A stretch of 55,205 nucleotides of DNA, filler included, from Mitosporidium daphniae (lineage: Eukaryota), in NCBI RefSeq assembly GCF_000760515.2. It is 3 parts of 3 records of this genome, joined end to end, with 100 filler letters (N's around TTAATTAATTAA, not from the genome) between each part and the next. Parts side by side here need not be neighbours in the genome. Positions count along the whole stretch, not along the records: positions 18,580 to 37,041 come from NW_013546126.1; 2 more parts are not named here. The stretch is one strand, 5' to 3'. The notes under the pieces are model-generated. The model did not search any database. It worked only from the letters and a program-made list of their open reading frames with translations, and was not told the origin of the DNA. Made by a program: the position numbers and the translations under genes. Shown in pieces: positions 21,721 through 34,541 of this stretch. How positions within the stretch are numbered: position 1 is the stretch's first letter; each line of letters starts with the position of its first letter.

Positions 21721-23417
21721 ATGAAAAGCTCATTTCTCATTTGTCGAAAATATTCCAAAAAAACAGCAAACTCGGTCAATGAGTGCATTTCCGCCGTCAA
21801 GTCTGGCAGCACGATTTTGGTTGGCGGGTTTGGTCTCTGTGGGATTCCAGAGAACCTTATATCTGCATTGCGAGCTAAGCCTGAGATAAGAGACCTAACA
21901 TTAATCAGCAATAATGCAGGGTACATATGGCGTTCGTACTTGTGTAGAGTGGACGATTGGGGACTGGGTCTTCTACTGAAAAGCGGACAAGTAAAGCGAA
22001 TGGTTGCCTCATATGTTGGCGAGAACAAGGTGTTTGAACACGCATACTTGAACGGCGATCTTGAAGTTGAATTGGTTCCCCAAGGAACGCTTGCAGAAAG
22101 GATCCGTGCATTTGGGGCCGGCATACCGGCATTTTATACGCGAACAGGCGTTGGGACGGTCGTCGAAACGGGAGAAAACGCAGTCAGATATGCGCCGTCT
22201 GGAGATGTCATTGAATTCTCAGAGCCTCGAGAGGTTTGCATTCTGGCTAATTTTAGACCAGAAACTTTAACCACATCAGCTATGTGATGGAAAAGGCTTT
22301 AGGTGGCGATTTTGCACTAATCAAGGGATGGAAGGGGGACTCTCTAGGAAATGTGATTTTCCGCAAGACATCTCGGAATTTCAATCAGGTTATGGCCAAG
22401 GCCGCCAAGGTTACCATTGTTGAGGTATTGATGCTTTTATTGTTCGTGGGTTGAAGAACTCGTCCCCATAGGTTCTCTAGACCCAGAACAAGTTCATCTT
22501 CCTGGAATCTATGTGGATCATATTTTCGAAGGCTCAAATTACGAAAAAAGAATTGAGCGCTTAAAACTAGACAATACCAAGTCTGTGCACAAAAATCAAT
22601 CAAAGTCGGAGGACGAACTAAAACGAGATAAAATATCCAAAAGAGCAGCACAGGAATTCCATGACGGAATGTATGGTAAGCCCCGAATTCACAACGCATG
22701 CAATAGTTAACTTGGGAATTGGCCTGCCAATGCAATGCACCGCACATATTCCTCCAAACTGCAATGTCCAGCTGCAAACCGAAAATGGCCTTTTGGGTCT
22801 TGGACCCTACCCCTCAACAGTTGAGCTTGCAGATTCTGACTTGGTCAATGCCGGTATGCCGATGGCATCCATATTGATAGGAAAGGAAACCACTACCAAT
22901 CTTCCTGGATCGTCTTTTTTTGGGTCTGAAGAGTCTTTCGCCATGATTCGAGGGTGCGTTTGATAAGCTTTTAATTTGCAGAGGCCATATTGATCTCACC
23001 ATTTTGGGCGCCATGGAAGTGTCTTCAAATGGAGACCTCGCGAACTGGATAATTCCAGGAAAAATGGTCAAAGGAATGGGCGGCGCCATGGATTTAGCAG
23101 CTTCTCTTGAGACAAAAGTAGTGATCACAATGGAGCACGTGTCGAAGGTACTTTTTCACGACCATAATTACGAGAACGGGAAGCCTAAAATCCTGGATCG
23201 CTGCAACCTTCCCCTCACGGCAAAGAGCTGCGTGAACCGAATAATTACGGACCTGGTAATGCTCAGTGTTTTCTTATTGAAGTGTGTCTTTGATGTTTTG
23301 TCCAATGGTGAAGGTCTTGAGCTGATTGAATTGTTTGAAGGTACCACGATGGAGGAAATTAGGGCCAAAACCGGATGTTCATTTAAAACATCCAAGAACC
23401 TCAAAGTGATCCAATAA
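21721..23417 (+). CDS. OXCT1: Succinyl-CoA:3-ketoacid CoA transferase (SCOT), mitochondrial, 9 exons
   Basis: [46 protein letters not shown] (catalytic Glu), [14 protein letters not shown]. Introns at 21921, 22234, 22425, 22676, 22854, ~22954, 23148, 23256. Confidence 0.96.
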
Positions 23418-23480
23418 ACAATGTACCGGCAAAATGTGACGGGGCACTACGATCTTTCAAGGAAATCGCGTTTATTAATT

Positions 23481-24113
23481 TTAATTCTTGGCATCAATCT
23501 CATACGCTGCATCGATCAAAGCGTCTCTCAATGTGACCAATTGGTCCAAGCTTATCTTGGGCAATTGATGATGAGGGGATCTGCAAGAACTGGGACCTTT
23601 AATGGAGCCTATTTTCAAGTCTAGGTCAAGACAAAAGATTCCAGAAAATTGAGAGGAAGAAAATGCCTCCACGTGGATATTATATTTCCCCGGAGGCACC
23701 TCGATTGGCAGTACTTCAGAATGTGAAATATCGAATGGCCCGGCCGAAATGGGACACTTGAATTCGCTTGGATTGAGTTTTCCCAAGTTCTCACAAATGT
23801 TGAATAGGGCCGAAACGAGGGTAAATCCGCCATATTTCACGACAACCTTTGCAACATCTTCTGGCCCGATGGCGTTGCTAAGATGGCCCTTGATGGAAAG
23901 GGTAAACTTTTGTCCTCTAATTGGAGGATCGGGACTGATTGAAAGGGCATTAAGTTGAAAACTATCGCTCTCCACTCCACAAGACTGCCATGATAGCGGG
24001 AAAAGAACACTGGGGTCTTTTCTCCAAATGGAATGGTGTTTTGACCCCAAATGAGCCAATGCCTCCGATGCGAAAAAAAGCACAAATACGATAGCGATCG
24101 ACGTCGTTTTCAT
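23481..24113 (-). CDS. NPC2: ML-domain (NPC2 / PG-PI transfer) lipid-binding protein with signal peptide
   Basis: Signal peptide, WQSCG, ISPDPPIRG, NICE..KCPISAG, LPIEVPPGKY, IFCL. Confidence 0.85.
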   Translation of the reverse strand: MKTTSIAIVFVLFFASEALAHLGSKHHSIWRKDPSVLFPLSWQSCGVESDSFQLNALSISPDPPIRGQKFTLSIKGHLSNAIGPEDVAKVVVKYGGFTLVSALFNICENLGKLNPSEFKCPISAGPFDISHSEVLPIEVPPGKYNIHVEAFSSSQFSGIFCLDLDLKIGSIKGPSSCRSPHHQLPKISLDQLVTLRDALIDAAYEIDAKN

Positions 24114-24359
24114 TTTGCAAGAAAGGGCGGCCAGTATCGAAATATAGGGACGAAATTAGAGTTTCATGTCGTTTTAAAGCTAATCGAATGGCAGTCAAAT
24201 TTTATCCTCCAATCGGGCAAGATATTTCGGATTTTTATGGAAAGGCCGCAATATTTTCGCTCAAAAAGGCCAAATATTCCGAATGGAGAACCCGTTGCAG
24301 ATGTCTTGGCCCATCGGGCCAAGACATCGAATGCATTTGGAGCTGATCTGAGAGCCCGA

Positions 24360-25082
24360 TCAGTCTTCCTCGGATGAAGAAAGAGCTGCAGTGCCATATT
24401 TCTGATCGTACTCGATTTGGTCCTTGAGAATAAAATTGCTTGCAAATTTATATTTTCCGTCTTGATGTGAAAAGGTTTGTTTGGTTGTCGAGAAAAATGG
24501 ATTGGCTTGAGTTTGCAGGGAAAATCTATAGAAATCGGATACGCCGTCCTTCGGCCTGAGGTTTAGCTCGCCCTCATCACATGCCTGGGTGTCTGCAGGA
24601 CTAGTTTCCAAGTCTTGGGTGTATACGAAAAAATCTTCGAGAGAACCTGCAGAATCATAGTCTGCCCCCTCGATTTCATTGCCAAAATTGTTTCCGCTAC
24701 TTTCCAATGCATCGAGGTCGAGAAAATTTACTATCTTGTTCTCCTGGGTAACAAGTTGGCTAGAACCACTCTCGTCATCGATCATAAATTTAGATGGCTT
24801 TTTAGCTATAGGGGAGCTGGAAAAGACGGGCCGATTGTGGTTCGCATCAAAAGACGGCGACGGTTCTATTGGAACATCTAGCAGGTCGTCAAATGTCAGC
24901 AAATCGGATGATAAGCAACCTTTTGAACCGTGGGACTCCAAAGATGATTTGTGCTCAAAAGGCGAGGACATGCCTTCAAGCAGAATATTCAGCCAGTCTG
25001 CGTCTAAAATCGATGGATCCAGTATTAGAGAGTTGTCTTCCAGTTGAGAATGGCAAAAATATTTAAAATAATAAAATTGCAT
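24360..25082 (-). CDS. Acidic protein with FANCM/Mph1 C-terminal-like motif
   Basis: 240-aa ORF with NFLDLDALES..SLEDFF..TQ..FYRFSLQTQA..KYKF. Confidence 0.6.
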   Translation of the reverse strand: MQFYYFKYFCHSQLEDNSLILDPSILDADWLNILLEGMSSPFEHKSSLESHGSKGCLSSDLLTFDDLLDVPIEPSPSFDANHNRPVFSSSPIAKKPSKFMIDDESGSSQLVTQENKIVNFLDLDALESSGNNFGNEIEGADYDSAGSLEDFFVYTQDLETSPADTQACDEGELNLRPKDGVSDFYRFSLQTQANPFFSTTKQTFSHQDGKYKFASNFILKDQIEYDQKYGTAALSSSEED

Positions 25083-25124
25083 TTAAATTTGTGACATTGA
25101 TTCAAATTTCTCATAGATCAACCG

Positions 25125-25942
25125 ATGGAAGCCAAAGTGTCCCATGCTATGCATTCAAATGCTCAATTGGCCCGTTCATCGATAGCTCTGATTGTGCCAT
25201 GGACAAAGTTGACAGAGACCACAGTTGGACGCGACAAAATATATCGAACCTTGCAATATTTTTGCCGGTTCCTTGCATACTATATGGCCCAGCAAAAATA
25301 CTCCAAATCGGCGATCGAAAAAACGATCCGATTATCGGTAGCATTGGCTACGGCACGAAAATGTAACGTTCATCCTTAATTTGTAGTGTTTCGATTTGGA
25401 AAGCCGATAGATAATCTCAAAATAATCCTGGAGTCACAGTTAAAAATCCCCGATGATGTTTTAAGATCCCTGACGATCGGAAAGTCGATTTGCTTGGCCA
25501 CGTGGTTGCTATTGGATTCTGTCCAATGGGTAATCTTGCGTCCGCTTAATGGTTGTAGTTGAACATAAATAGAATCATAGAGCTGGACCAGCACCAAGCA
25601 TACAAGATTCAACGGTTTGCTGCATATGGCTGGATGGCCGGATTGTTCTTTGCAATTTGCTCCGATATTCACAAAATTCAGACCCTTTTAGAAGCAAGGA
25701 AGGCCTCTGCAGATGCCCCGAGCTCTTCTTTAAATACAGCACTTTGGTTTTTGAAATCGCTTTCACTGTCAACCGACAACGAGTGTGGGAAATTGTGCAG
25801 GCTATTGCTGCAGGATTCACTGGATATTATACTGCCGATGAACATACTGGAAATTGTCAATTTGAATTCCGGCGTCATCGGCATCCTCGGCATGGTTACG
25901 TCATTAATGGGCTTGGCAAATGTATGGCCTGGTTGCTGCTAA
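25125..25942 (+). CDS. PEX11: Peroxisomal biogenesis factor 11
   Basis: TTVGRDKIYRTLQYFCRFL, ARK|LFRFGKP across a 24-nt intron, LLQDSLDIILP, GILGMVTSLMGL. Confidence 0.93.
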
Positions 25943-25972
25943 ATTGAATGTGAATAAAGAATTTAATTTTAA

Positions 25973-26754
25973 ATGACTAACCCAGCAGCATTGCGCACTA
26001 AAAAGAGACTCATATTTGATTGCGACGGACTTTTGCTGGACACTGAGCAGATATATTTTGACATTGGAAAGGAAATCAGCTCAAGATATGGAAAGGAGCT
26101 CAAATGGGAGCTAAAAAGGTCGCTCATGGGCCTGCCTTGGAACGAAGGTGTGGATTTGCTGATTTCGACCCTGGACCTGCCAATTACCAGGGACGAATAC
26201 ATCAAGGAGGCCGATTTCTTACTTGTGAGTACGATGTCACCCCTAATGATAGAAAATGTTTCAAAACGCCCGGATCCTCCCAGGCGTAGAAAGATTGATC
26301 AACCATCTTTCTTTGAACAAAGTTGCCATTGGCGTTGCCACTTCATCTCGGAGCAACTCTTTCAAGCTGAAAATATCGGGCCATCATGATGTGTTTTCTA
26401 AATTCAACATCATGGTGTTGGGCGACGATCCCAGTGTCAAGCGAGGAAAACCCTCTCCAGACATTTTCATCGAGGCGGCCAATAGGCTGGCCCCATTGGT
26501 GGATGCCGACATCGTAGACCAGGGCCCATTCCCGGATGTGCTAGCTTTTGAAGATTCGCCTGTGGGCGTAACGGTGAGGCTTGACTCTGTTGACATATTA
26601 GGCAGCTCGTGCCGCCGGAATGGAGGTCATTTGGATTCCAGACCCAAAAATAGAGTGCGACCTGTTCAAGCATGACCCTTTGGTTCATTATCTTCCCAGC
26701 ATGGAAAACTTTGATCCAGCTGATTGGGGACTGCCTCCGTTTCAAGTGCAATAA
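25973..26754 (+). CDS. HAD hydrolase, pseudouridine-5'-phosphatase (HDHD1/PUDP-like)
   Basis: IFDCDGLLLDTE, VATSS, GKPSPDIF, FEDSPVGV|AARAAGM, terminal FDPADWGLPPF. Two 28-nt introns. Confidence 0.9.
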
Positions 26755-26839
26755 ATTTTGTTTATTTGTTTATTGTTCTGATGACCGTATATATTGGGTG
26801 TGTGGCGGGGACCAGGGCAGAAGGCCGAGCTCAAGGGGT

Positions 26840-26883
26840 GTACAAAGCTCAATTATTTTCCGTACAAAGCTCAATTATTTTCG
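26840..26883. repeat. 22-bp direct duplication at the myosin 3' end
   Basis: GTACAAAGCTCAATTATTTTC(C/G) occurs twice, overlapping the myosin stop codon. Confidence 0.85.
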
Positions 26884-29800
26884 GTGCAAGCCTCTTCAGA
26901 CACAACCACATCGAGTCTTGAAAGGTCATTTGATATGACAGGTGACTTCAGATGAAGAGATTGATGCGACTTTACGATGGAATAGTTTCCGGTGTTTACA
27001 CAAGTCAGCAGATTGGCATTTGATTTGTGCAGAACGTCCTGCAGCGAGTCTGCTCCCAGAGGAGAGCCTTCCGAATTCAACTGCAAAACAGAAATCTTCT
27101 TTTGCAATTCTTGGCAAGTGGCCAAAAGCGCAGTTTTTTCCTTCGAAAGGGTGGAGATGATCTGCCGAAATTCATCCAGCTGCTTACGAAGAGTAAGGTA
27201 GACCGGCGATTTTGCCAGCGAACTGACCGAGTCCGCCATATGGATTGACGAATTTAGCGGCCTCAATGGAGAGGGCGACACATTTCGGCGCCCATTGGCC
27301 GAGAGCGACATTATGGAAGGGGCTCTTGCTAACGAGCCATTGGAAAACAGCACACTGTATATTTCGTCCTCGTCCTCCTTGCTTGCATCGCTCGATGCAG
27401 CTGCATCTGATTCTAGTAGCGAAAGCTTGCCCTTCAAGTCATTTAACAGGAACTCAAAATGTGTCTAAAAGTTACACCCAAAATACGGCCATTACCTTTT
27501 CCTTTTCCAGATCCTTGACGCGAGATCTTTCCACGCAAAGCATGCTCTCCAAAGAGAGGTTGTGATTTCTCAGATTGTTTACGATCGAAACGCGATCATT
27601 CTTCATGGTTTTTTCTAGCTCCAAATCGGAGGCCACCGAATCGTAGTCTTTTTTGAGCGAGGCCAGCTTTTGCTCAAGCTCCAAGTAGCCGAGATTAATT
27701 GCGCCCTTTTCGGTAGCAATAGAGTCCAAGTCTTCCGTAGCGGAGTGAAGAGATTGGGTTAAAAACTTGTTTGTCTCTTCCAGCTCCTTGATCAGGTTTT
27801 TCTGCCTGGTCAATGACAGATTCTGATCTTCGATTTGAACCGATTTCGACACAATCACAGACTTTAATTCATCCAAATTTTGGGATTGAAATGCGAACCT
27901 CTCATTCAGAGTGTTTAGCTCGTGTTCGGCGCTTTTCAAGGCAAATAAAAGCTCCCCGTTGCAGATTTCTTGCGATTTGAGCTTGCTCATGTAATGATCC
28001 AGGTCTGAAGTAAGCAGATTGTTTGATAGTTTCTCCTGAGCAAGCTGCTCTTGCATCGCATCGAGTTCGTCTGTTTTGATTTGGAGCTTCTCATCGATTT
28101 CGGTCAGAAGGTTCAAATATGTCGAGATGTTTTCGTTTGCATCTGCCAGACTGGTTGTATTCAACTGGCGCGCCATGCACAGTTCATCTTGCAAGACCGA
28201 GTTTTCTTTGGATAGTTCGGAAGACAGAAGCGATAATTTGGAAAGCTGTGCTTCCAACTTGTCCACCTGAGCGTTTGCACTGATCAGGAGCGAAGATTTT
28301 TCTTCAACCTGGAGTTCCAAGTTTGAATGGTCTTGCTCAAGCGCACGCAGGGTTGCAGATAAAAATTCAACCTTCTGCGAAACTGCTTCAATGGCATCAT
28401 CTCTGGCAAATATGACCTTGTCCTTTTCATCCAGCTCCTTCAAGTAAGTGGTGCATTGCTTTGTTTCCTTTTCCAATGCAACCTGAAGGTCCAAATGCTT
28501 TTTGTTCAAAATATCCGTCGACCTATTAAGCGAATCAACATCACCCGTCAAATTGCTGATAGATTGCTCCTTCACTTTTACCTCGTGCTGCAATTGTTTC
28601 AAGTTCTTTTCAAGCTCCGATTTCGCGGAAATCAGCACAGCAAGGTTTGCCGAATTCTCGGCACGGATATTGGAAATTTTGGTGTTGTATTCGGTTTTGA
28701 TTCTATCGCGCTCCTTGGCGTGCTCTTGCGAAAGAGCCAAAATTTTATCATCAACGATGGAATCGAAAGCCTTTTCTTGTTGCTTCAGTTGTAAAGAAAT
28801 TTTATCCGATAAAGATTGTGCATCCTTGTATTTTTGCAGTAGCGTGTCATGAACACGCTGGAGACACCGAAACTCGTCCTCTGTTAGCCTTAGCGTGGAC
28901 TGCAAAATATCCTTTTCCGAGTGCAGGCCGTAGATACTTGTTCCTAAAGAAGAGTTTTCGTCCTTCAGAGACTCGATAGTTTGCTCATATTCCTTTACTT
29001 TTTCAAGCAGCTCGTTTGCAAATAGTTGTCCCTTCTCATACTTTACGAGCCTTTCGTTAACATCGGCCAGCGATTCGTTTAATTGAGCCTCTTTTTCGGA
29101 AGTTGAAAGCATCGATATTTTATGTGCCTCTCGCAAGCATTCTTCTTGACGATGAAGCTCCTCAATGGTTTTAACATTCTCATCAAGGGCCGATTTGAGA
29201 TCCGAAAGTTTCGAGTTTAATTGCACAATTTCGTCATTAAGAGAGTCCATTGTTTTTTGAGACTCCTGTTTTTCAGCATCATGTTGCTCGTGCAAAGATC
29301 TAAGCTGATCTTGCATGTCTATCTTGTCCTTTTCAAGAGAAGAGATCAAAAATAACAGCGAGGCTGATTCGTCTTTTAAAATTCCGATTTGTGCCGTCGA
29401 CGCTTCAAGGTGAGAAGAAACGTCGCTCAAATTTAGCTCGAGCAGTGAGATTTTACATTCATAAGACAACTTGTCATTGATGAGAGTTTTTCTTTCTACT
29501 TCGACCTGTGCAAGGGTTTCCTGCAAAGAAAGCACCTTGTTTTCAAGTTTGAGCAGCTTTTTCTCCAAAGAAGAAACCTTCCTTTCATAAGATATGCTGA
29601 CCTCCTCATCGTTGGCTTTCAATTCGGAAACTTGCTTTTTATAGCAAAAGAGCTGCGATTCCAATTCCGTGATTCTAATGGAAGACTCTTTCAGTTCACA
29701 TTGCAGGTTCTGGCGATATTCCACCTCTTGGGTGTGTCGCTTTTCAAGAGAAGTAAGTTCGGATTTTGAATCCTGCAAGTTTGAATGGGCCTGGTGCAAA

Positions 29801-32800
29801 CTCTTCGTTAGCGAACAAATGGTCTCTTGCAGCTGGTCATTTTCCCTTTGAACGAGCAATAGACTCTCCTGGGCCTCATTCAAGCACAAAAGCGTGCTTT
29901 CCGCAGTTTCTTTGATTCGCGAATATTTTTCCTCGAAATCTTGGAGCTTGTAAGTCGCGGATGACAGTTCAGACGACAAAGTATAATTTTTCGCCTCAAA
30001 GTTGGAAACATTTTGCAAGTATTCGGCTTCATTTTTCAACAAAAGAGAATCGATGTGGAACACTTTGTTCTTGAGTTCCTCGATCGATTTCTGGGCCCAG
30101 GCATGATTATCGCAAAGCGAAATGTATTTTTGCGAAAGAAGCTTTAGCTCTCTATCTTTTGCATCAAGCTCGGTGTCCTTTTTGGTCGAAATGCTGAGCT
30201 GTAAAGATTCATTGGTGTCGCGCGCCATCTTTTCACTTTCTTGCAGCTTTGAAGATAGCGCCGAATTTTCTGTCCGAAGCTGATTGACGGACACCGAGTA
30301 TTTTTGCTTGAAATCATCGAGCTGGGAGGTCAATTCGGTCCTGTATGCCTCGTGTCTTCTATTTGTGGACTCCAGATCTGCTTTTAGCCTTTCAATTTCA
30401 ACCATGTGACTATGATTTGAACTGGCAAAATCTTGGTTTTGCAAAGTGAGGGACTCTATTTCATTTTCGAGCTCGCAAATCCTATGTTCAGATTCCTGGT
30501 TTTTTGACTCCAACAAGCATGCTTTTTGGGAGATGCTTTCAACATTCTGTTCCTGCTCCTTTAAATTGGCGGTCAAATTGAAATTTTCGTCTGTCAATGA
30601 AGACACAATGTCTTGCAAAGTTTGGACCTTACCAAGCTGTTCGTCAATTTGAGCCTTGAAAGACTCGGAAGAACACTCCATGTTTGATCTTAGTCTGGAA
30701 ATTTCCTGTGTTTGCTCATCATTCACCTTGGCCAGCAAGTCTTTTGCACAGCTAACCTCGCTATAAGAGGACGAAACAAGCTCAAGATCTTCACTTTTGG
30801 TGGCAATATTTAGCCTTAGCTCCTCGTTTTCACATCCAAGCGCGTTGATTTTTGCTATCAGCTCGAGTCTTTCGGCTTGAAGAGATGCTATCTCTTCATT
30901 TACGAGCTTCGTTTGCATCTCGACGTGGCGGCTTTCCAAGATCGGCTTGATTGATGAAATAACCTTCCACCATGGCCAGTTATAAAACCCGTTAATTTCC
31001 TTGAGATACGAGCCAACAAGACCGACGGCCTTTGCTGTCTCCGACTTGGAGCTCAGTCTTTGCATGCACAACAAATTGCTAGCAACAGCCTGGAAAGAAG
31101 AAATCATCGAAGAAATGATATGATCTCGATGGGATTCAAGTATCGCCAACACGCCAGCCTTGAACATGATTTTGGACTTTCCAATTTGGTACGAGTTTTG
31201 CGGCAACAGCGATTGAAACTCTTCCAAAATAATTTTGCACAGGCTTTTATCGTCAGAATGCAACAGGTTTGCCATGCACTCTTTTGAGAGAATAAAGTAG
31301 CTTCGCTTGAAGTCCGAAAAAAACAATCGATTGGGGTAGCCGTTGCGGCAAATTCTTATTCCCTCAAGAACGCCATTGCAGTTGAGCTGGTCAATCACGT
31401 AGGAGTGGTTAATTAGAAATGGCGACTTTGTCTTATTTGGCACGATGCAGCGAACAAAATGGGGGCTACAAGAATGCAGGTTTAGCATCAGCGTATTAAG
31501 CTGCTCCTTGTACTTTTGCAATAACGTCTTGAAAAAGCAGCCGGTCCCAGGAACCGAGGTTCTGGTGGCAGACTGAAAATCAGAAAATAGGGACACATAA
31601 TAGCTAACACTTGAGGTGGTCATCAAGGCAGACAGCGTTTCGTTGATGGGATCCTTGTTCTTAGATATCCAGCCATCGGTCGAGTATTGCACCTTGCCTG
31701 CATAGTGGGTCAGAAAAAACCCTTTGTTGGAAGAAAAGCGATGCTGCTCGAATTTAATGGACTTTCCCTTCCAACTAGAAGTTACCTTTTCCGTGAAAGA
31801 GCTGTCGGATGTCATTGGCAGTACGCACTCTTCGTCGAGCAGGGAAAAGATACCTGCCGGCGACGACTTTTCAAGCAAGTCGATGGTGGGCTGCAAGTCA
31901 AGCCCGTAGTCAATGTAGTTCCAGTCAATGCCCTCATTTTTGTACTCCAATTGCTCACGATGGAACATGTGCTGATTGAAAAACTGCTGTAGCTTTTCGT
32001 TTGTGTAGTTGATGCAAAGCTGTTCAAACGAGTTTTTCTCAAAGATTTCAAACCCAGCCATATCCAAAAGGCCAATGAACCGAGCAGAGTGTTCCTGTTT
32101 ATAGAAAATCGAGTTGAGCCGCGAAATGATGGAATTAAATGTACGCTCATAAAGCGATCTCATAAACGTCCCCAGAGACTCTGATATCTGATCGCAAGTG
32201 AGTCCTTTGACGACGACATCTCTTCCTGCCGTGATGTTTGGCTTCAAAATAGACGATATCAGTGTTTCCGTAGACGGGAGACCCAAAAGCGCCATTACAT
32301 GCTCCAAGTGCTTGGGATCCAAAACGTATGTTTCATTCTCATTCTCATTTCGACACGATATTTGAACATTGCCAAGGTGAAGAATCACGGCAATGGATTT
32401 GAAATAAAAAAGATACTCTTCATACGCAATTCCAAGCGCCTCAAACGCGTGAATTAGCTCTTTAAAATTATCGATGTCCTGTTGAGGGGATATGTCAAAC
32501 TGGTCGTTAGGCTTTAGCAACAAATAGTCGTCCAAATTATTGCTTAAAAACAACGCCTCTACATGATAAAAGCTAACCGCTTGCTAACCTCTTAATTCGG
32601 CCGACGCGCCATAAATCAGCTGATAAAACACATGGAAAGACCGTTCCAATGGGGCGTGATGCGTGACCCTACTTTTTTCCAGAAGGTAGCAGTCAATATT
32701 GGCTCCGCTGAGCTCGCCTTGGCTAGAGAACTGAAGACGGATGTATTTCCCAAATCTGGATGAATTGTTGTTTCTGATGGTCTTTGCATTTCCAAAGCTT

Positions 32801-33441
32801 TCCAGAATGGGATTTGTCAGGTTTATAAGCGCCTCAATCGAGCTGCTACAATTAGAGCCGCGGGTAGCAAAAAACTGGCACAGTTTTTTGGTATTCTCCG
32901 TTTTCCCAGAACCGCTCTCCCCAGTAACCAGGATCGATTGGTTGGTTTTGAATTCCCTGAGATTGTTGTATGCCGAAGCGGCTACTGCAAATATGTGTGG
33001 CTGTTGCTTTTGAGGCTCACAAGATGCTGCTTGGTAGTGGCTGACCACAGAGTCCGAATATAGATTTGGAACTTGCCGATAGGGATTGATTGAGATCAAA
33101 AAGATTCCAGAAAAAGTGTACATCAAGTCGTTCATGTAGCGATGGGAAAGAACATGCACAATCGAGGCCTCGTTCAAAAACGTCAAATAAGCAAGGTCAA
33201 CAGGATATTCGTATTTTTCCGGATTTTTCAACTGGATAATTCTTTTTAAAACTTTAATTGATTTGCTTGAATCCATAAAGTGGACATCTATGCTTTCATC
33301 GCTTGACGAGTCGTCTTTCATGGCATCAGCGTAGGATGGTGAGGTCGAAGATTGGGATTTAATGAAGCCCTCGATGTATCGTCCAAGGGATTTATCATAT
33401 ATCCAAATAGGGATCTCTTTTGTAGACGGGCTTCCTGCCAT
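26871..33441 (-). CDS. MYO1: Myosin II heavy chain, 3 exons
   Basis: GESGSGKT, NNNSSRFGK, DMAGFE, EQLCINYTNEKLQ, CNGVLEGIRICR, WPWWKV neck and >1200-aa coiled-coil tail. Introns of ~30 nt near 32560-32590 and 27465-27495. Confidence 0.95.
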
Positions 33442-33599
33442 TGCCTAAAGAGTTAAAATCTACGAGAATTTTTGATATTTTGAATTGTCGCTACCACTGA
33501 TCATGATTTGATTCTGCGTTATTAATTTGCACTTGTAAATGTTGGGCACCACTGCAATTGAAGAGACTGAAAATTTTATTCGCCCTTTAAATGGTGCCA

Positions 33600-34524
33600 T
33601 TAAAATGCAGATCTTTTTGCAGTTGGCTTGTGGTTTCCTTGTGAAATCTCAAGCAACGATGCCCTGCTTTCATCGTAAATATCTAGGCGTTATTTGGAGC
33701 CATTGGGTACTTGAATATCCCAATGCTATTGCAGAGGAACAGAGGTCAGTGATAGTGTCTATCGACTCTTTTCTTTTGAATGGATCATTTTTTAGCTCTC
33801 TACCGATCCTAGAAATAGTCTAAAAATAAAAGCATACGATTACTTTAAAAACATTGGCATCAGAAGGATCGATCCACTTTAACAAATGGCCACATATATC
33901 TTGAATTGATAGCGTCTTAAGATGCTCCTCTTCGCGTTTGGCCCTATTTTCGGCTTCGATTTTTTTCCGGTCATATGCCTGCTTTGCCTGGATGTTGGAA
34001 ATAGAGCGCTACCTTTTCGGTATCCTCTGCCGAGGCTTTATATATCCACGACTCATCGCCTTGGTCGGGGGATTTTTTCTTATTATAAAAGGAAAGCGTA
34101 TCTAGTTCGCCCTGCTCCAGCTCATTTTTCATATTGAACGGAGTAAAGTCGGTTTCGGCTTCAGAAAACTCTTCATCCAAAATTCCATCCTCATCGTCCA
34201 TCTCCTGGTCGGATTGGCCGCTTTTATGAATGAGTCTCATTTGATGTTGATTTGCATCAGAATTCTTGTCTCCTTCTCGATAATCATCGTCGTCTGAAGA
34301 GGTTTGATTGTCTCCGTTTTTGCTCTCCTCGTCACTGTCGCCTTGAAGCCCGTCGGAGTCTGGAAGTTCGGTAAACTTATGTGGGACTAATATGTTTAAA
34401 TGGAAATCTCACTTGTGTCTAAATCTAAATCATCGGAATCGCTATTGTGGCCCCCAATGGGCAGCTCAATGGTGCCCGAATTGGATCCAACCTTGTGGAT
34501 GTATTTGGTCTTTTTGGACTCCAT
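33600..34524 (-). CDS. LIN1: Lin1/CD2BP2 (U5-52K)-like protein, no GYF domain seen, 5 exons
   Basis: Acidic N-terminus, FTPFNMKNELEQG, DESWI, ITDLCSSAIALGYSNIYDESRASLL. Four 24-28 nt GT-AG introns; stop at 33600-33602. Confidence 0.72.
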
Positions 34525-34541
34525 AAGAAAAATTTTAAACT

